A DNA stretch of 64,000 bases from Sporopachydermia quercuum. Its lineage: Eukaryota. Shown one piece after another: positions 11,835 through 24,887 of this stretch (the first letter of the stretch is position 1; each line of letters starts with the position of its first letter). The DNA lies in NCBI GenBank assembly GCA_001599295.1, contig BCGN01000001.1, positions 62,001 through 126,000 of the forward strand, written 5' to 3'. Below the pieces are notes generated by a model. That model was not told where the DNA came from. It worked only from the letters and a program-made list of their open reading frames with translations, and searched no databases. The translations under genes and the position numbers were made by a program.

Positions 11835-14800
11835 GGTTGTTCTGAACGATGGATTCTGATGTTGCNCGGTCCAAATATATGATGTATTCTAAGGTATTGA
11901 ACTCTACTGCTGGTCTAATGTTTTACCTTCAGAATGACCGGATTCTCCCCAATATATAAGCAAGATATAAGGGAAAGGAAGATTGTTCAATAATTACAAT
12001 CAGCTTATCCTATTCTTTAGTAGTAGCAAATAACGACCAATCGTAACATATATCAGTAATGAGGACTTACGTAGCTTAGGTCTTCTGTTCTGTGTTTTCT
12101 AACGTTTTTTCACTTCCCGCGTCAAAACTACAAGCAAGACTATCGACATCTATTTATAATCTCAATCATACAGTTGAAAAGAATGAGTAATGGTGTCATT
12201 TAATATAAATTTTATGTGTATTAGTTTCATTTTTTATACATACTTCCATTTATTNTATCGATTGTAAGTAAAATTACACTCATGGAAGACACTTCACCAC
12301 CATCTATAGTTCATTGCTCTGATAAGTGATAAAGGAACTTACTTATTATGTGTGCAACATAAATCTGTCATGATTATCTATACGGTAATCGGAATAAAAT
12401 TTCTGAACTAATTCGCTACTCGCATTTAGTTTCAAGCTTTAATAATAATAGTTCATAGAAGTAACACATTTGTCTTCGGATAGTCCACTTAAAGATTGTT
12501 GAACGGTAATTGTTACTCAATTCATGATATCTTGGGCAGAGACGGGTAAATAACCTTTAGAGTTTAGTAACTGTGAGAGGTTAAATCTGGATGAAGATAA
12601 TTATTCACCACGTAATCAGTTCTTCTAGGTGTAAATTGTTCATAGCTTGGAGTTGATGAGTTAGAAGATTAGATATTGATTTGGAGAGTACGGCTTATAC
12701 TCGATGGTATTTGATAAAAGAGTGTAGATAAAGACTAAACAAAAGTGTTAAACTTTAACTCTAACAAGAATGTTGAATGGAAGGAAGGTAATCAAAAATA
12801 GTTGAATGTATCTGTAATAACACACTAGACAGTTAGGAATACTTTTAGTTATTTATTTTTGTAAGTAGATAAATATATTGTACTAACAGACAAAAGATTT
12901 TACATTTAAGNTGACTTGCTTTTGCTGTATTGATACCATTTCCTCTCAGCGCTATGCCGGTTTATACCGAAGATCATTGAGGATGGAACGGCATTAGTGA
13001 AATAAAGTTAGCTGCTTGTTTATTAAGGTTGGAAACCTTAAATTAAGTAAGGAAAATTAGTCCTGTTATCTTTACTGCTCCACATTTCAATTACCCTTTT
13101 CGTAGAACATGTATTCCCGTTATCTTCACTTCAATTCCAGCCAGTCAGATAACTGGATTTTTTTTACTTGTTGAATGAATGGAATTAGTTATCTGATAAA
13201 AAGGCACATCAGGATCATTGGACTCGAATTGTGATGAGATTGAAATTCTATTGTGAGTAAAAGTAAGGCTTGACAGTTCTCTGTATCTTGTTATCAAAAA
13301 AAATTCATATTGTGGAGTCAATATAAAGTAGATGTACCAGAGATGAGTCCTACTGTATGTATTTCAGTGCCTATGAACCTTGCATCGCGCTGACAGAGCT
13401 GGCTCGTTTTGTAACAACCTTGTCAGTTGAGATTAATGAGGNCGACCGTTGAGTTGTTTTCTCCCAANGGTGCATAGATAGTAGAATTTCGGTTAGGGCG
13501 ACAACTACATGGAAGAACCACGTTGCTCGCACAATAGTGGTAGGCTAGAAAAAACAATAGTTTCGGATTAAATACTAGTACTATTGCAAGCCAAGCTTTT
13601 CTATTATAAAATGCCAAGTAATGATATATTATTAGATCGTTCCATAGGAGGAGAGCTAAATCTGTAGTAGGTGGATGTTCTAACGTTCACCAGAGTTCCA
13701 TCTCACATGATATTACTGCAACTAAATTTAATACTTTTTTATGGTCCTTCAACAACTATAATGGCTTATAAAAGACATCCAATTGCGAGAAATTCTAATC
13801 AATCAAACATTGAAATCCTGAAATACTGAGATGGACGTGGTTCGAAAGAAGCAGCAAATAAGTATTTATGATGATGCATAGTTCTGCATGATTAACCTAA
13901 ATTCCTGCAATCCCAAATTGATGTACTAAATAGATAGATAATAAGTTGATATATTTATGATATGGTAACAAACGAAAACTGTTCTCTCAAGTCAAAAATA
14001 AATATATTGTTTATATATTTTATTTATACCAAATATGAGTAATAAAAGGTATGTACTAGAGATACACTCAAGACAGATTTGTTGAAGGGATAAAGCCTGA
14101 TCGCCATGAAAATTCAACAATTAAAAGCAAGATGCATATGAATCCCAATATTACTACCTTCATCTCCTTCCATTCCAAATAACCAAAACAAACAAAACTC
14201 CACAGTCAGGAAACATACTTATCTCAATTTTAAAGAGACACTTTATTTCTAGTTTCTATTCACAAACTTAATGATTCCCAATGTGTGTATTTAAGTATAT
14301 ATTTGACATATTGAGCAAAGGAAGATTCGACAAGCGGACATAAAGTTCAAAATCAAAATCAAGCTAGTTATGGATTAACCCAATCTAGGAAAAGATTCAT
14401 CGAACTTTATTTTCTTAGTAACGTCCTCGAACATAACTTATTACTAGTATATCTTCCTAGAAAAGGAAGAGCTTTTAAAGCTCACTGCTACTTCTTATGT
14501 TATTTATTAGTGCATTACTATTAGGTGACAAAAATTATTATCTCCTATTATCAATTGGTCGATAAATACTCACTCTCATATTTCGCTACAGTCTTGGAAC
14601 CGTCAGTCTTCGGACTCATTTCCAACTTTATAGTTCTTGATCCAAAATTAAGCATTTTAGATCTTCAAACTTAAACTTTTAGTCCCCAATTTACTTCCGA
14701 ATTTGTTCGATAGCTATCATACCTACAACTTTTATACCATTTTCAGTATTATTAATATGAGTTTTAAATACAGTTGCTCTATTTCCTGAGCTTATTTCAT

Positions 14801-15893
14801 CTACTTAACCCTTCTTTGTCTTAAACATGAACTCTAGCAAACCTGCAAAGACATTGTTATATCGACTAATTGCTACTATCTTCCTGCATTACAAGAAACG
14901 GACAACCTATGAACGGCTATTAGTGGAACTTGTGATTTGTTATTTTCATTCATCAGTTTGTCGTTATACTAAACGAACAGACAAGGTTTTCTAAACTTCA
15001 TCGCGAAACTGAATGACAAGCAGTAGAACCTAGGTGTAAGATATACATCTATCTACTTTGGTTATTTATCTGATGCACTTGAATTGATTCTACTTTATAC
15101 CAGTTATTGTATAAGTATGTATAGACGATTCTGCGATATAAGATAAAGCATTGTAGATGAAATTCTCATTTATATGGTTAATGCTTTCATAATATTTCAT
15201 CTTTTTTATCACATAGTGATATAATAATCAAACAAATAGCAGCTGAAGTAGATTTGAGTGTCTTCATTAATTAGTTATTATAATTATTGTAACGGCTATA
15301 ACTGCTGCAATAAGAGACCTAATCAAGGCGCCTATATTAGCTTTATACCTAGAAAGTAAATGTACCAACTCCATAGAGTCAGTAGAGTTTTATCAGTAAC
15401 TTATCAAATAGTCCTATAGATATAAATATGATAAGCATTAGGTAACAGTGTTTATTTTTTTCAACATATTGTAAATCTCACCATTATTCACGTCCATCTA
15501 GTATAATTTCTCCATTTAGACATAAAATACATCTCTGAAATCAATAGGAACTTCATATCCGATTTATTCAGAGAATGGCTCCTCATCTTTAAGAAGTAAA
15601 AAGTGTTGCAAACTTTGCACTTTCGATTTCGATAGTTGATAACACATTTCACACACATTTCACGTATTTTCACCAACTATTATGGCTGGTTTCACCTAGT
15701 TCAATCGCAAGAGAAATTCATCATAGTAATTGCTGTGAAGTTTACTAACACACGTTCACTTGAACAAACCATCAAAGGTATTATTGTTATTACAGTCANA
15801 TCATAATAACTATTACTATTGCTATTAATACTATTAGCTAACTAACTATATCAAGTAAAATATAAAAGTAAATAAACGAATTTCAGGATAAAC

Positions 15894-18800
15894 CTATAAT
15901 TGATTTGCAGAAGTGTAGCTTCCATAATCTCTATCAACTAGCATCCTTTCAAGCATTTTTCTTTGATTCATTTTGTTGCTCCTAACTCCATTCGGTATTG
16001 TAGTAACATTATTTATACTATTCATAGAACTACCAACATTATCACTCATAGTATTGATATTATTGATAGTATTGTTCATGTTTTTCATACCCCTGATATT
16101 ATCAGTATTATTACTATCACTAACAATATCATATCTTTGAACATTCTTATGGGCATTAATAGGAACAGCAATAACTTTCTGAATAGTAAACTCTTCAATA
16201 CTTGTAACACTCGAACTAGTAGATTTACAAGAGTTTGATGAGTTATTACTATATGTTGCTTGTGACGATGTTGTTTCTGGTGATGAATCAGTTGTGTTGT
16301 TGTTTCGCTCATTGGTTGAATTCTGTTTTTGACCTGAAGTGGACACTGAAGAAGGCATTGAAGCAGGCACAGGCCGACGACTAGCGTCAGTTTTACTCTT
16401 ATGGTAGAGCTGATTTTGGAAAGATTTCATATTTAATTGCTTGATCTGATTATAATGATGAGTTGGTTTAGGGATACTAGGCATGTTAGACATGGGCTTA
16501 GAGATTGATCTGTTAGCCAGGGAACCCGTATTGCTAGGCATAGTATGCACATCATCAGCAACATTGTTTGCCTCAGTAATTACCGCATTATTCCTAGAAC
16601 CATTATTATAGCCATTACTAGCAGTTCCACTACTAGCATTGGCATGCTGTAAACTCAGCGGCAATGAAGGTAAACTTCTACCGTTATAGTTATCACCTAA
16701 CCCATTATCATTAGCGCCATTTCTATTTGATTGAGCATTTAAGAAATTCCGTTTGGGGTTTCTAATAGGTAATGCATACAATCCAGTAATATTAGTATTG
16801 TTGAAATTACTAGTATTGTTAGTACCNGCTTTATAATCAAATCCTGGTAGTAACTCTTTCGACTCTCCTTTCTGTTCACCTTTAAGGCTATTATCATTAC
16901 TGCCAATGCTACTATTGACAGGAACAGTTAGTGGACCTTGTTGAATAGAACGATCAGGGTGATATGCAATAGTATTGCTTTGAACGTAACTTAATGGTAA
17001 ACATTCTGATGATTTCGAAAGATACTTTAACGGTTCAACAGGTGAGAATGAGTTATTATCCATTGGGCGGACATTGATAGGTGGATGAACAGTTACATTA
17101 GCATTAACGTTGTCGACATTGATATTGACATTGCCAGTGCTGCTAGTTTGCAAGTTGGCATTAAGCAGATTAGCAGTATTAGCACTACTGCTAGTATTTG
17201 TCATACTAATATCGTTAATATTTCTAACCGGTGTCCTTGACAATGGCATCGAATTATTATCAGTAGGCACACTCGAATCACAACCTGCATTGATTCCAGC
17301 ATTGTTTGCTGTGACGCTTCCATCCTTTGGATTCCATGCTTTCTCTTTCACATCGACTAATGGCGGCAGTATTTTCTCGACTGATGCTCCAGTCGTGGTA
17401 TTCTCAGTATCAATTGACAAAGGTGACGGTTCCTTGGTGTTTCTAGTACCGGCATTAATAATATTTGCTTTGACTCTACTGCCTGAGTTGTTTTGACTCT
17501 TTATACTAGAATCATACTTGAATGCAAACTGCTGGCTGTGGTTGTCCTCAACGTTGTTTTCATTATTTCCCACATTGTTATTTTCATTTTTGTAACTTTT
17601 GTCATGTTTGTCCTGTTTGTCAGCAACAATTGGAGCATCATTAATTCCACGTTCATTTCTAGAGCCTTTGTCAGACAATTTCTTATGAACAGCTTTTTGT
17701 AACGTTTTTCTTAATAGCAATTGGAATTTGCTTGGCTTCTTCCGCTTCGAATTATTTGAATTGTTACTAGTAATAACATTTAGATTAACATTATTTCTAG
17801 TAGAATTATTATAACTATTATTAGTGCTAGCATTAATTCCATTGCCACGATCGGTTTCCTCGTACATCAAAGAAGTGTTTAAACAGGAATCAAAGTACGA
17901 AACGCTTGCTGAATCAGCATTGTTGATGATTTGCGCATTTGAGATACGGGAGGCTGAATTGAAATTTGATCCCGATGATGTGTTGAATTCAACTGATTGA
18001 ATATGAGGATTAGCAAGTGAAGTAGTGTCAATTGAATCTGTTGATGGGTTTGTTACTATTGACTCATGTGATATTATAAGGTGATTAAGAGTGTTAGAAG
18101 TAGTAGCAACATTGGTACTATTCATATAGTTGTCAGTGCATATATCACTGTTATAACGATCAAAGGACGTATTGGATTTGTTGANCCTAATTGAGTTGTC
18201 TGTATTACTGGCCAAGTAAACGTTCTCATTAATTCTACTGCTAGCAGTAGTTGATTTAACCAATCCTTCAGTTGTTTCAACCTCACGTAAGTAAACAGAT
18301 GTTTTATTCTTCCTTAAGCTATTATCGCTGCCATGATCATAATCATCATCCTGTTGCTTATTGATGACTTCATTTTCAAATGTTTCTTCGAGTTCTTCCT
18401 CGGTTCCACCATTTTCGATAAATGTTAAATATAAGGAATAGTCAGCCAAAGACATTCTTTTGACATTAATTGAGGATTTACTAGCTCGTATAGCTTTGTT
18501 GGGAACATTTCCAGCACCGTTTCGAGTATATTTAGCTAAAGTTGTAGCATCGATTCCAGCAGTTGCATTAGTTGCGTTGGTTGTATTAACCGTATCTTCC
18601 TTGTTCATTTGCTCAGCTTTCATTAACACTTTTCTATCTATTCCTAGTTGTTTCATTTTCTCTTCTTGAGCTTTAGGATCCAAAATAGGGCCAGGAACAC
18701 CAAGATAGTTATAATGATAGCTGACAGTGTTGACCAATGTTTTTGAATTATTGTTCATAAAGGGATCAAGCGTTGGTAATGAATTTGAATTAATAATTGA

Positions 18801-21800
18801 AGCAACTGAAGGATTTCCACTTGAATTTTCGACTTTATTCAAACAGTTTGGATCCACCGTTTCATGATTGAATAACCAATTGTTCATATGTCCTTCAATG
18901 ATTGGATTTGATATTATTAAAGTATGATGATGCTGACCTTCTTTATGATTCTTCTTGATAAATTTCGATTTCAGTCTATCAATAACATTATGTGTATCAT
19001 AATGCTTATTATAGCTATCACTAGAATAAATTCTATCTTCAGCTTCCTCATTTTCATCAATCGTTTCAAGAGGGTTTTCCTCATTGATGATTTCTTCTAT
19101 TGCTAGCCATTTATTAGCATCAACTTTATCATTACTGTTCAAGCTATCAAATTCATCATTTTTCAACCACTGGCTCTCTAATTCAAGGAAAAACACATTT
19201 GAAAGAATGTACTTATTGCTTAGTGGCTGTTCATGGTTGATCATTAAAAACCAGGACCAAATATGCAGTTTAGATATTTTGATCTTTCTGACATCAAGTT
19301 GATATCTATTTCCATTGCCATGAAGATCATTGCTATTATCATTGCCATCTTCATTATTATTATTATTGGCAGCAAGCAAATTCAAGTTGTGCATTGATTG
19401 TCTTGAAGACAAGACAGAGAAATCAACATCCCAAGCAATTGTCTCATCAAATGGAACATTAATACGACTCATACGATGCGTCTCTCTCTTTTTCAGTAGC
19501 TTTTTGGCTTGAGAAAGTTGATTCAAAAAGTATAATGATTTCTTAGAAACCATCTCGGTAATCATTTCCGGTTCATTAAAACAGGTGAAGATCAAATCAC
19601 GATCAGCTTGATTAAATGTGGATGAATTACTGAAAGAAACATTCTTACAGTCAGCAATGGTTCTTAGAAAGGACTCACCAGAAGAACAGAAGTTCATCGC
19701 AGATGATTTTTTGTTAGTTGCACTGTTGTTAATCAAGGTTATTAATGACATTTCCATTCCAGATTCTGACTCCGATAGAATTGATGGAAACTTTGATGGG
19801 GTGTAAGGAAATTGATCTATCAATTGTTGAATATTATTTGGTAGCTTGAGATATGAGAATGATGAGTTTTGATTTGATTTTTGACTTGTATTATTGATTG
19901 CACCAGGCAATGAACGAACATAAGCAAAAAACAAATGAAAGCTTGCAGTGAAACATTTATTCCATTCGGCAACAGTTTCTGTTAATCGGGGCGGTGAGGA
20001 TTTATCGCCAATTGTGTCAAAAGACAAAGGAAATGCATAAATCCCAGCAATAAATGCAAAATCTTTGCCGTATAGATTAATAAAATTATAATTAACAGTA
20101 TTAATCTCGCTTTCTTCGGCTACAGCTTGGTACACCAAACGGAAGAAATCAGTTGCAATTGAGTAGGATGCATCATCTTTGAAGCATTCAGCAAAATGTT
20201 GATTAAACACTTTACTGCTGTATTCCATCTCCTTTTCAATATCGACATATTTATTATAAGCATCCCATGTTATTATACCGTTTGGTAATCTACTCCATAA
20301 CCATCTCAAAGCGCCCATTAGAGTTACTTCATCAGCAATTAGGATCTCTCTTTTCAAGGAAGGACCTGTTAATAAAGTGTTTGAGTTTATGACCACAGAC
20401 TGAAGAAAATTTCTTATGTGAATTGTATGAGATGAGTCAGTTAACGGTAAGAAAATTGATGAGATATTTGATTCATAGTTTAGTAGTTTAATTGTTATAT
20501 CATTAATCAAGCTACTAAGTAATGACGGAGATAACTCGTTTATGGAGAATATAGACATTGTAGCTAATTGTTGTAGTAAAGGGTTTTCGGTGAATGGGGA
20601 ATCAAATTTGGCAGGCTGCTTTGACTCAAAAAGTTGAGACGTAATATTTTGTTGAGAAAAAAACGACAAACGTNTTGCAAAAGGATTTGATAGATTCTTG
20701 TTGATTGTGATCTTTCTTTTTAATGCTGCGCCTAAAGAAAGTCTTTTAGTCTTGTTAGCAATAGAACGAGAAGCGCTAGAAGGAATAGGACGTGAGGAAG
20801 TAGTCAATACTGAATTTCTAAATAAGTTTTCATCAATCTCAAATGATAGCTTCAGACCATTTGAATGTCTTGATCGAGAATCAGTGAGGTCGGCTGAATT
20901 GATACCGTTAGCAGTAGAAATGTTATGACTGGTAGTAAACCACTTATCTGTTATAGCAAGTAAATCACTAGAACAAGAATCATCAAGAACGGTATCAATT
21001 TGATTGTAACTCTTGTTAATTCCAGTAACACTAACAGGATGGCTAATAACTCTTTTCCTCTTCTGATTAGATTCCAGTTGTTCCTTTGTTTGGAATTCAA
21101 ATTGAAAGCCGTTGTCAGAGAGTAACAATTCATTTGATAGTAAAGAACAAGATGAAGGTGATCTGTCTCCATTGAATGAATCAAGAGAATAATTCGATTT
21201 ATTGCAAGAGTCACGGTTTTTCATAATTAAGGAAATATTTGAACTTTCGCGGCTCATTTCAATTGATTCTTCATGATTTAAGTTCAATGAATTAATGTTT
21301 GGATGGGGTTTCATTGAAATAGGCTTGATGTCGCGCTGGGGATACGCGTTTTGAGAATTAGAGTTAAACCCAGGGGTAATATAGGTGTCGTGTCCTGAAA
21401 TTGAATCCAAAATTAGGCCAATATTAGAATTTGGAGAAACTTTGTTTCCTTCACTTGCATAACTTATGCATGAAGTTCTTTGAAAATGTTTCCTTTTCCG
21501 GGAAAACCATTTCAACGACCGAGTAAATGAGGAACGAGTTTTGGTATTAATTCTGGTATTTCCTTCTATTTTGTTTCCAGATGGAACGTAGGGAATATTA
21601 TTTGGTTCCAGGGAAAAGACGTTGGTGGAATTTAAACCAGCAAAATGCATTGGCTCTTGTGTATTTGGAGAATGTTTAGCATTTAATGATTTAGCATCGT
21701 TTGAATTAAGGGAACCAATGCCATTGTTGTCGAGTAGAGAAAACAACTTCGAAGATGTTCCCTTATATTGATTTTCTGATTGATTGATGCCTTTCGTTGT

Positions 21801-22007
21801 TGCTGATTGATCGTTTGATGATCCCGGCGGAGAATTCTCTACTGAGTTCTCAGTACCTTGGTTATGGTTGAATCNTCCCAGCTGTTTAACTAATCGCAGT
21901 TGTTGAGTTCTTGACTTATCCTTGCCTTTATAATTGGTTGATGGTTGAATCAATTTTAANAACAGATCACTGCCGAGTAAGAGCTTCCATTTCCACGCAT
22001 CTGTCAT
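15894..22007 (-). CDS. Large Asn/Ser-rich protein with an Msb1/Mug8 (DUF1708, RhoGAP-like) domain
   Basis: Uninterrupted 2037-aa ORF. The block LKREILIADEVTLMGALRWLWSRLPNGIITWDAY resembles the Msb1-family core; the rest is low complexity. Confidence 0.62.
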   Translation of the reverse strand: MTDAWKWKLLLGSDLXLKLIQPSTNYKGKDKSRTQQLRLVKQLGXFNHNQGTENSVENSPPGSSNDQSATTKGINQSENQYKGTSSKLFSLLDNNGIGSLNSNDAKSLNAKHSPNTQEPMHFAGLNSTNVFSLEPNNIPYVPSGNKIEGNTRINTKTRSSFTRSLKWFSRKRKHFQRTSCISYASEGNKVSPNSNIGLILDSISGHDTYITPGFNSNSQNAYPQRDIKPISMKPHPNINSLNLNHEESIEMSRESSNISLIMKNRDSCNKSNYSLDSFNGDRSPSSCSLLSNELLLSDNGFQFEFQTKEQLESNQKRKRVISHPVSVTGINKSYNQIDTVLDDSCSSDLLAITDKWFTTSHNISTANGINSADLTDSRSRHSNGLKLSFEIDENLFRNSVLTTSSRPIPSSASRSIANKTKRLSLGAALKRKITINKNLSNPFAXRLSFFSQQNITSQLFESKQPAKFDSPFTENPLLQQLATMSIFSINELSPSLLSSLINDITIKLLNYESNISSIFLPLTDSSHTIHIRNFLQSVVINSNTLLTGPSLKREILIADEVTLMGALRWLWSRLPNGIITWDAYNKYVDIEKEMEYSSKVFNQHFAECFKDDASYSIATDFFRLVYQAVAEESEINTVNYNFINLYGKDFAFIAGIYAFPLSFDTIGDKSSPPRLTETVAEWNKCFTASFHLFFAYVRSLPGAINNTSQKSNQNSSFSYLKLPNNIQQLIDQFPYTPSKFPSILSESESGMEMSLITLINNSATNKKSSAMNFCSSGESFLRTIADCKNVSFSNSSTFNQADRDLIFTCFNEPEMITEMVSKKSLYFLNQLSQAKKLLKKRETHRMSRINVPFDETIAWDVDFSVLSSRQSMHNLNLLAANNNNNEDGNDNSNDLHGNGNRYQLDVRKIKISKLHIWSWFLMINHEQPLSNKYILSNVFFLELESQWLKNDEFDSLNSNDKVDANKWLAIEEIINEENPLETIDENEEAEDRIYSSDSYNKHYDTHNVIDRLKSKFIKKNHKEGQHHHTLIISNPIIEGHMNNWLFNHETVDPNCLNKVENSSGNPSVASIINSNSLPTLDPFMNNNSKTLVNTVSYHYNYLGVPGPILDPKAQEEKMKQLGIDRKVLMKAEQMNKEDTVNTTNATNATAGIDATTLAKYTRNGAGNVPNKAIRASKSSINVKRMSLADYSLYLTFIENGGTEEELEETFENEVINKQQDDDYDHGSDNSLRKNKTSVYLREVETTEGLVKSTTASSRINENVYLASNTDNSIRXNKSNTSFDRYNSDICTDNYMNSTNVATTSNTLNHLIISHESIVTNPSTDSIDTTSLANPHIQSVEFNTSSGSNFNSASRISNAQIINNADSASVSYFDSCLNTSLMYEETDRGNGINASTNNSYNNSTRNNVNLNVITSNNSNNSKRKKPSKFQLLLRKTLQKAVHKKLSDKGSRNERGINDAPIVADKQDKHDKSYKNENNNVGNNENNVEDNHSQQFAFKYDSSIKSQNNSGSRVKANIINAGTRNTKEPSPLSIDTENTTTGASVEKILPPLVDVKEKAWNPKDGSVTANNAGINAGCDSSVPTDNNSMPLSRTPVRNINDISMTNTSSSANTANLLNANLQTSSTGNVNINVDNVNANVTVHPPINVRPMDNNSFSPVEPLKYLSKSSECLPLSYVQSNTIAYHPDRSIQQGPLTVPVNSSIGSNDNSLKGEQKGESKELLPGFDYKXGTNNTSNFNNTNITGLYALPIRNPKRNFLNAQSNRNGANDNGLGDNYNGRSLPSLPLSLQHANASSGTASNGYNNGSRNNAVITEANNVADDVHTMPSNTGSLANRSISKPMSNMPSIPKPTHHYNQIKQLNMKSFQNQLYHKSKTDASRRPVPASMPSSVSTSGQKQNSTNERNNNTTDSSPETTSSQATYSNNSSNSCKSTSSSVTSIEEFTIQKVIAVPINAHKNVQRYDIVSDSNNTDNIRGMKNMNNTINNINTMSDNVGSSMNSINNVTTIPNGVRSNKMNQRKMLERMLVDRDYGSYTSANQL

Positions 22008-23339
22008 TTTTTTTTGTTTTTGTTCAAATCGTATTTTGTCTGGGGTAAATTATCAATAACAGCAGTTTGATAGTTCGTGCTGGTTATAATTGTGATGCGA
22101 AGAAGTCTGGCAATTTATCGTCAATCATTCTTCCGTACCCAGATTATCAAAACAAAAACTTGAATCCAATCTATTCAGTTATTTACAATACCCTTTTCTC
22201 AAGAACCATCTTCTTTTATATACTAAATGAACCTGCAACCAACATTTCTTAACCGCTGAGATCAAAGATGACATCAAACATACTTGAAACATAGAATGAA
22301 CATTCCTCTTTCATTCTAATATTTGGCATATATTTCATACTGATTAATAGAGGAGTCTAGTCTTAAGAAACTCCGGCAAAATTATTGAAACTCTGATGTT
22401 GATGTGGTAATTAACAGAGCTACCAAAAAAAGATACTAATAAAAGTAGNTNATCATGTCGATTTTTCCATCTGTCAACTCCACCTACGTTAGACTGAAAG
22501 AATAATAGTCTCTAATTAATTTAATACTTGACTGATAAGTAAATCATACCGGATAAACTCCAAATATAGAAAAAGTATTTAATGACTAATGTGAGTTGAT
22601 TTATTACTCGATAACGTTTCAACATTAATGGCCATTCAGGTATATTTAATTACTACTCGTCCTCCTTATCTGCTTTTAGGAAAGTAGTGAGAAGACGTTT
22701 CTATGAACCATCAAACATCACGTCCCACTATGATATGTACAATCTACAAGAACCTCTAAACGTGAGTGAAATCGCAGCAATATTCTATTAATGAGTATCA
22801 GCAAAATAATTGTTGTTTTCCGTTAATAACCATACAATTTCTACACAATTATCATAAACAACTCTTGCAGGATTGCTCAAAGATTTGGCTGATTTTCTGT
22901 CTAGAGGTGTCCATTTTCGATTGTCATTATTCCCTAATTGTTCCAATCCCAAACGCATTTCAAACTCGTTTAGGCGATACCAATAAAGAAGGTTTAAGAG
23001 TGTAACCATTGAAGTGAGACAGGAGATAAAATTGCACAATATAATCATAATGAAGAATTATATTTAGGTTTTTCATAGTAAGGTTAAACGATTATGTGAA
23101 CAATATATATATATATGTAGTACTTGCATGGCATGCATATTAATGCAGTGAAAATTCTCTTTCAAATGCCGAGAGCCTCAACCTGCCCACACAGTTCGTT
23201 TTTTTTCTTTCTTATCTTTTACATAACATAACTGCTTTACAAGGCGTGACATTGTTATATTACGAGAATCAGAACGAGTTCAAAGAGTTGTTCTTGGAAT
23301 TGTATTCTCTGCTCCAGTACAGGTTTTGCATAGAACATA

Positions 23340-24738
23340 ATGATTGAATATTCAGGAAAGTTAGTTTTGGCTCCTATGGTAAGTTCTTGATTTAGTGCAA
23401 GGGAGTAAAGGAACATTATCTATATAGTATTGCCTTGCCTTGATTTATGAATATACTAACCCTTTTTGAAGGTTAGGATAGGTCATCTTCCTACACGTCT
23501 GGTAGCTTTGAAGTATGGAGCAGATTTGGTTTGGGGACCGGAGATCATCGACAAAAAACTTGTGAAATGCCGAAGGGTAGTTAATGGTATGTTAAAAAGA
23601 ACTTTTTGTTATTATCTTTTCTAATATTCATACTTGGTACTAATTCAGGTTTCTTATAGAGCAACTTAAAACTATAGATTTCATAGAACCCGGGGAAACA
23701 ATCAAAAATAATGTTGCTTTCCGCACAGCTCGTGATATGGAAAAAGGAAAGCTAGTATTTCAATTAGGGACTGCTGATCCTGATTTAGCTGTAGAAGCAG
23801 CCAAAGTTGTAGCACAAGATGTTGATGCTATTGATGTGAATTCGGGATGTCCCAAACATTTTTCTATTCATTCAGGAATGGGAGCAGCACTATTGCGAAC
23901 ACCAGACAAGCTTGTTGCAATTCTAAGAAATCTCGTTGAACATGTGGGAATTCCGTATAAAATACCGATCTCAGTGAAAATCAGATTATTAGAAGAGAAA
24001 GAGGCTACATTGGCTTTGGTAGAAAGACTTGCTCAAACTGGTGTGCAATGCATAACAGTGCATTGTCGTTTAACGGAAATGCGAAATCGACAAATCCCTA
24101 TTAGACTCTACCTGAAAGAGATTGTAGATGTGTGTCATAAATTCAATGTCTCCTGTTATGTCAATGGAGGTGTAAGAGACAGAGTAGACTTTGAAGGATT
24201 AAAATTAAAGTATGGAGTCGATGGTGCAATGATCGCTAGCTCAGCTGAGTTGAACCCCTCGGTGTTTGCTCAATTAACTGAAGAAGAAAAATCAAAAATA
24301 GAAGAGCTATTTAAAGAGCAAGAAACAGGTAAATACGACTATGAATTACATCCTACTATCCGGAACATTCAGCCTTGGTGGACAGTAGCTGCTGACGTAT
24401 GCAAAGAGGCTATCAAATACGACAATTTCCCTGCAAATACAAAGTATTGTTTGACAAGAGTCGTTCCAGGTAAAGAAGCGACTTACAGAAATGTCGCTCA
24501 ATCGAAAAACAACGAAGAAATGTCCAATGCAATATCCAANTTTATTAAGGATATCAAACAAGAAGTGCAGGAGGATCAGAAAACTCAAATGCAAACAACA
24601 GATTTTAATGACAATAGTGATGTCCAAACCGAAAGTATTGGTGATAGTAAGATTCATGAAGATGAAAGCATATGTGAAATGAAAAGACCACTAAGTCCAG
24701 AAACTGAAATTTCAGTGGATAAGAGAATTCGAGTTTGA
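23340..24738 (+). CDS. DUS2: tRNA-dihydrouridine(20) synthase, 3 exons: 23340-23378, 23472-23586, 23660-24738
   Basis: Spliced N-terminus MIEYSGKLVLAPM|VRIGHLPTRLVALKYGADLVWGPEIIDKKL, then FQLGTADP and IDVNSGCPKHFSIHSGMGAALL. Introns are GTAAGT..TACTAAC..AAG and GTATGT..TACTAAT..TAG. S. cerevisiae name SMM1. Confidence 0.93.
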
Positions 24739-24887
24739 TGGAACTAGATGTAACATATATAAGTGCATATACATAATAGAACAAACCAGGTAAAGGAAGG
24801 TTAGATAATTGTAAAATCAACGTTACTATGTACATAACTAAAAAAGGAAGAATCTTGAGGGAAATAAAACCTTACATTACCATTTAA

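Noticed and set aside
11835..15893. 4-kb intergenic region examined for LTRs, transposons or hidden genes
   Set aside because: No terminal repeats, long ORF or recognisable RNA motif. Scattered GATAAG words near HNM1 are compatible with chance in AT-rich DNA.
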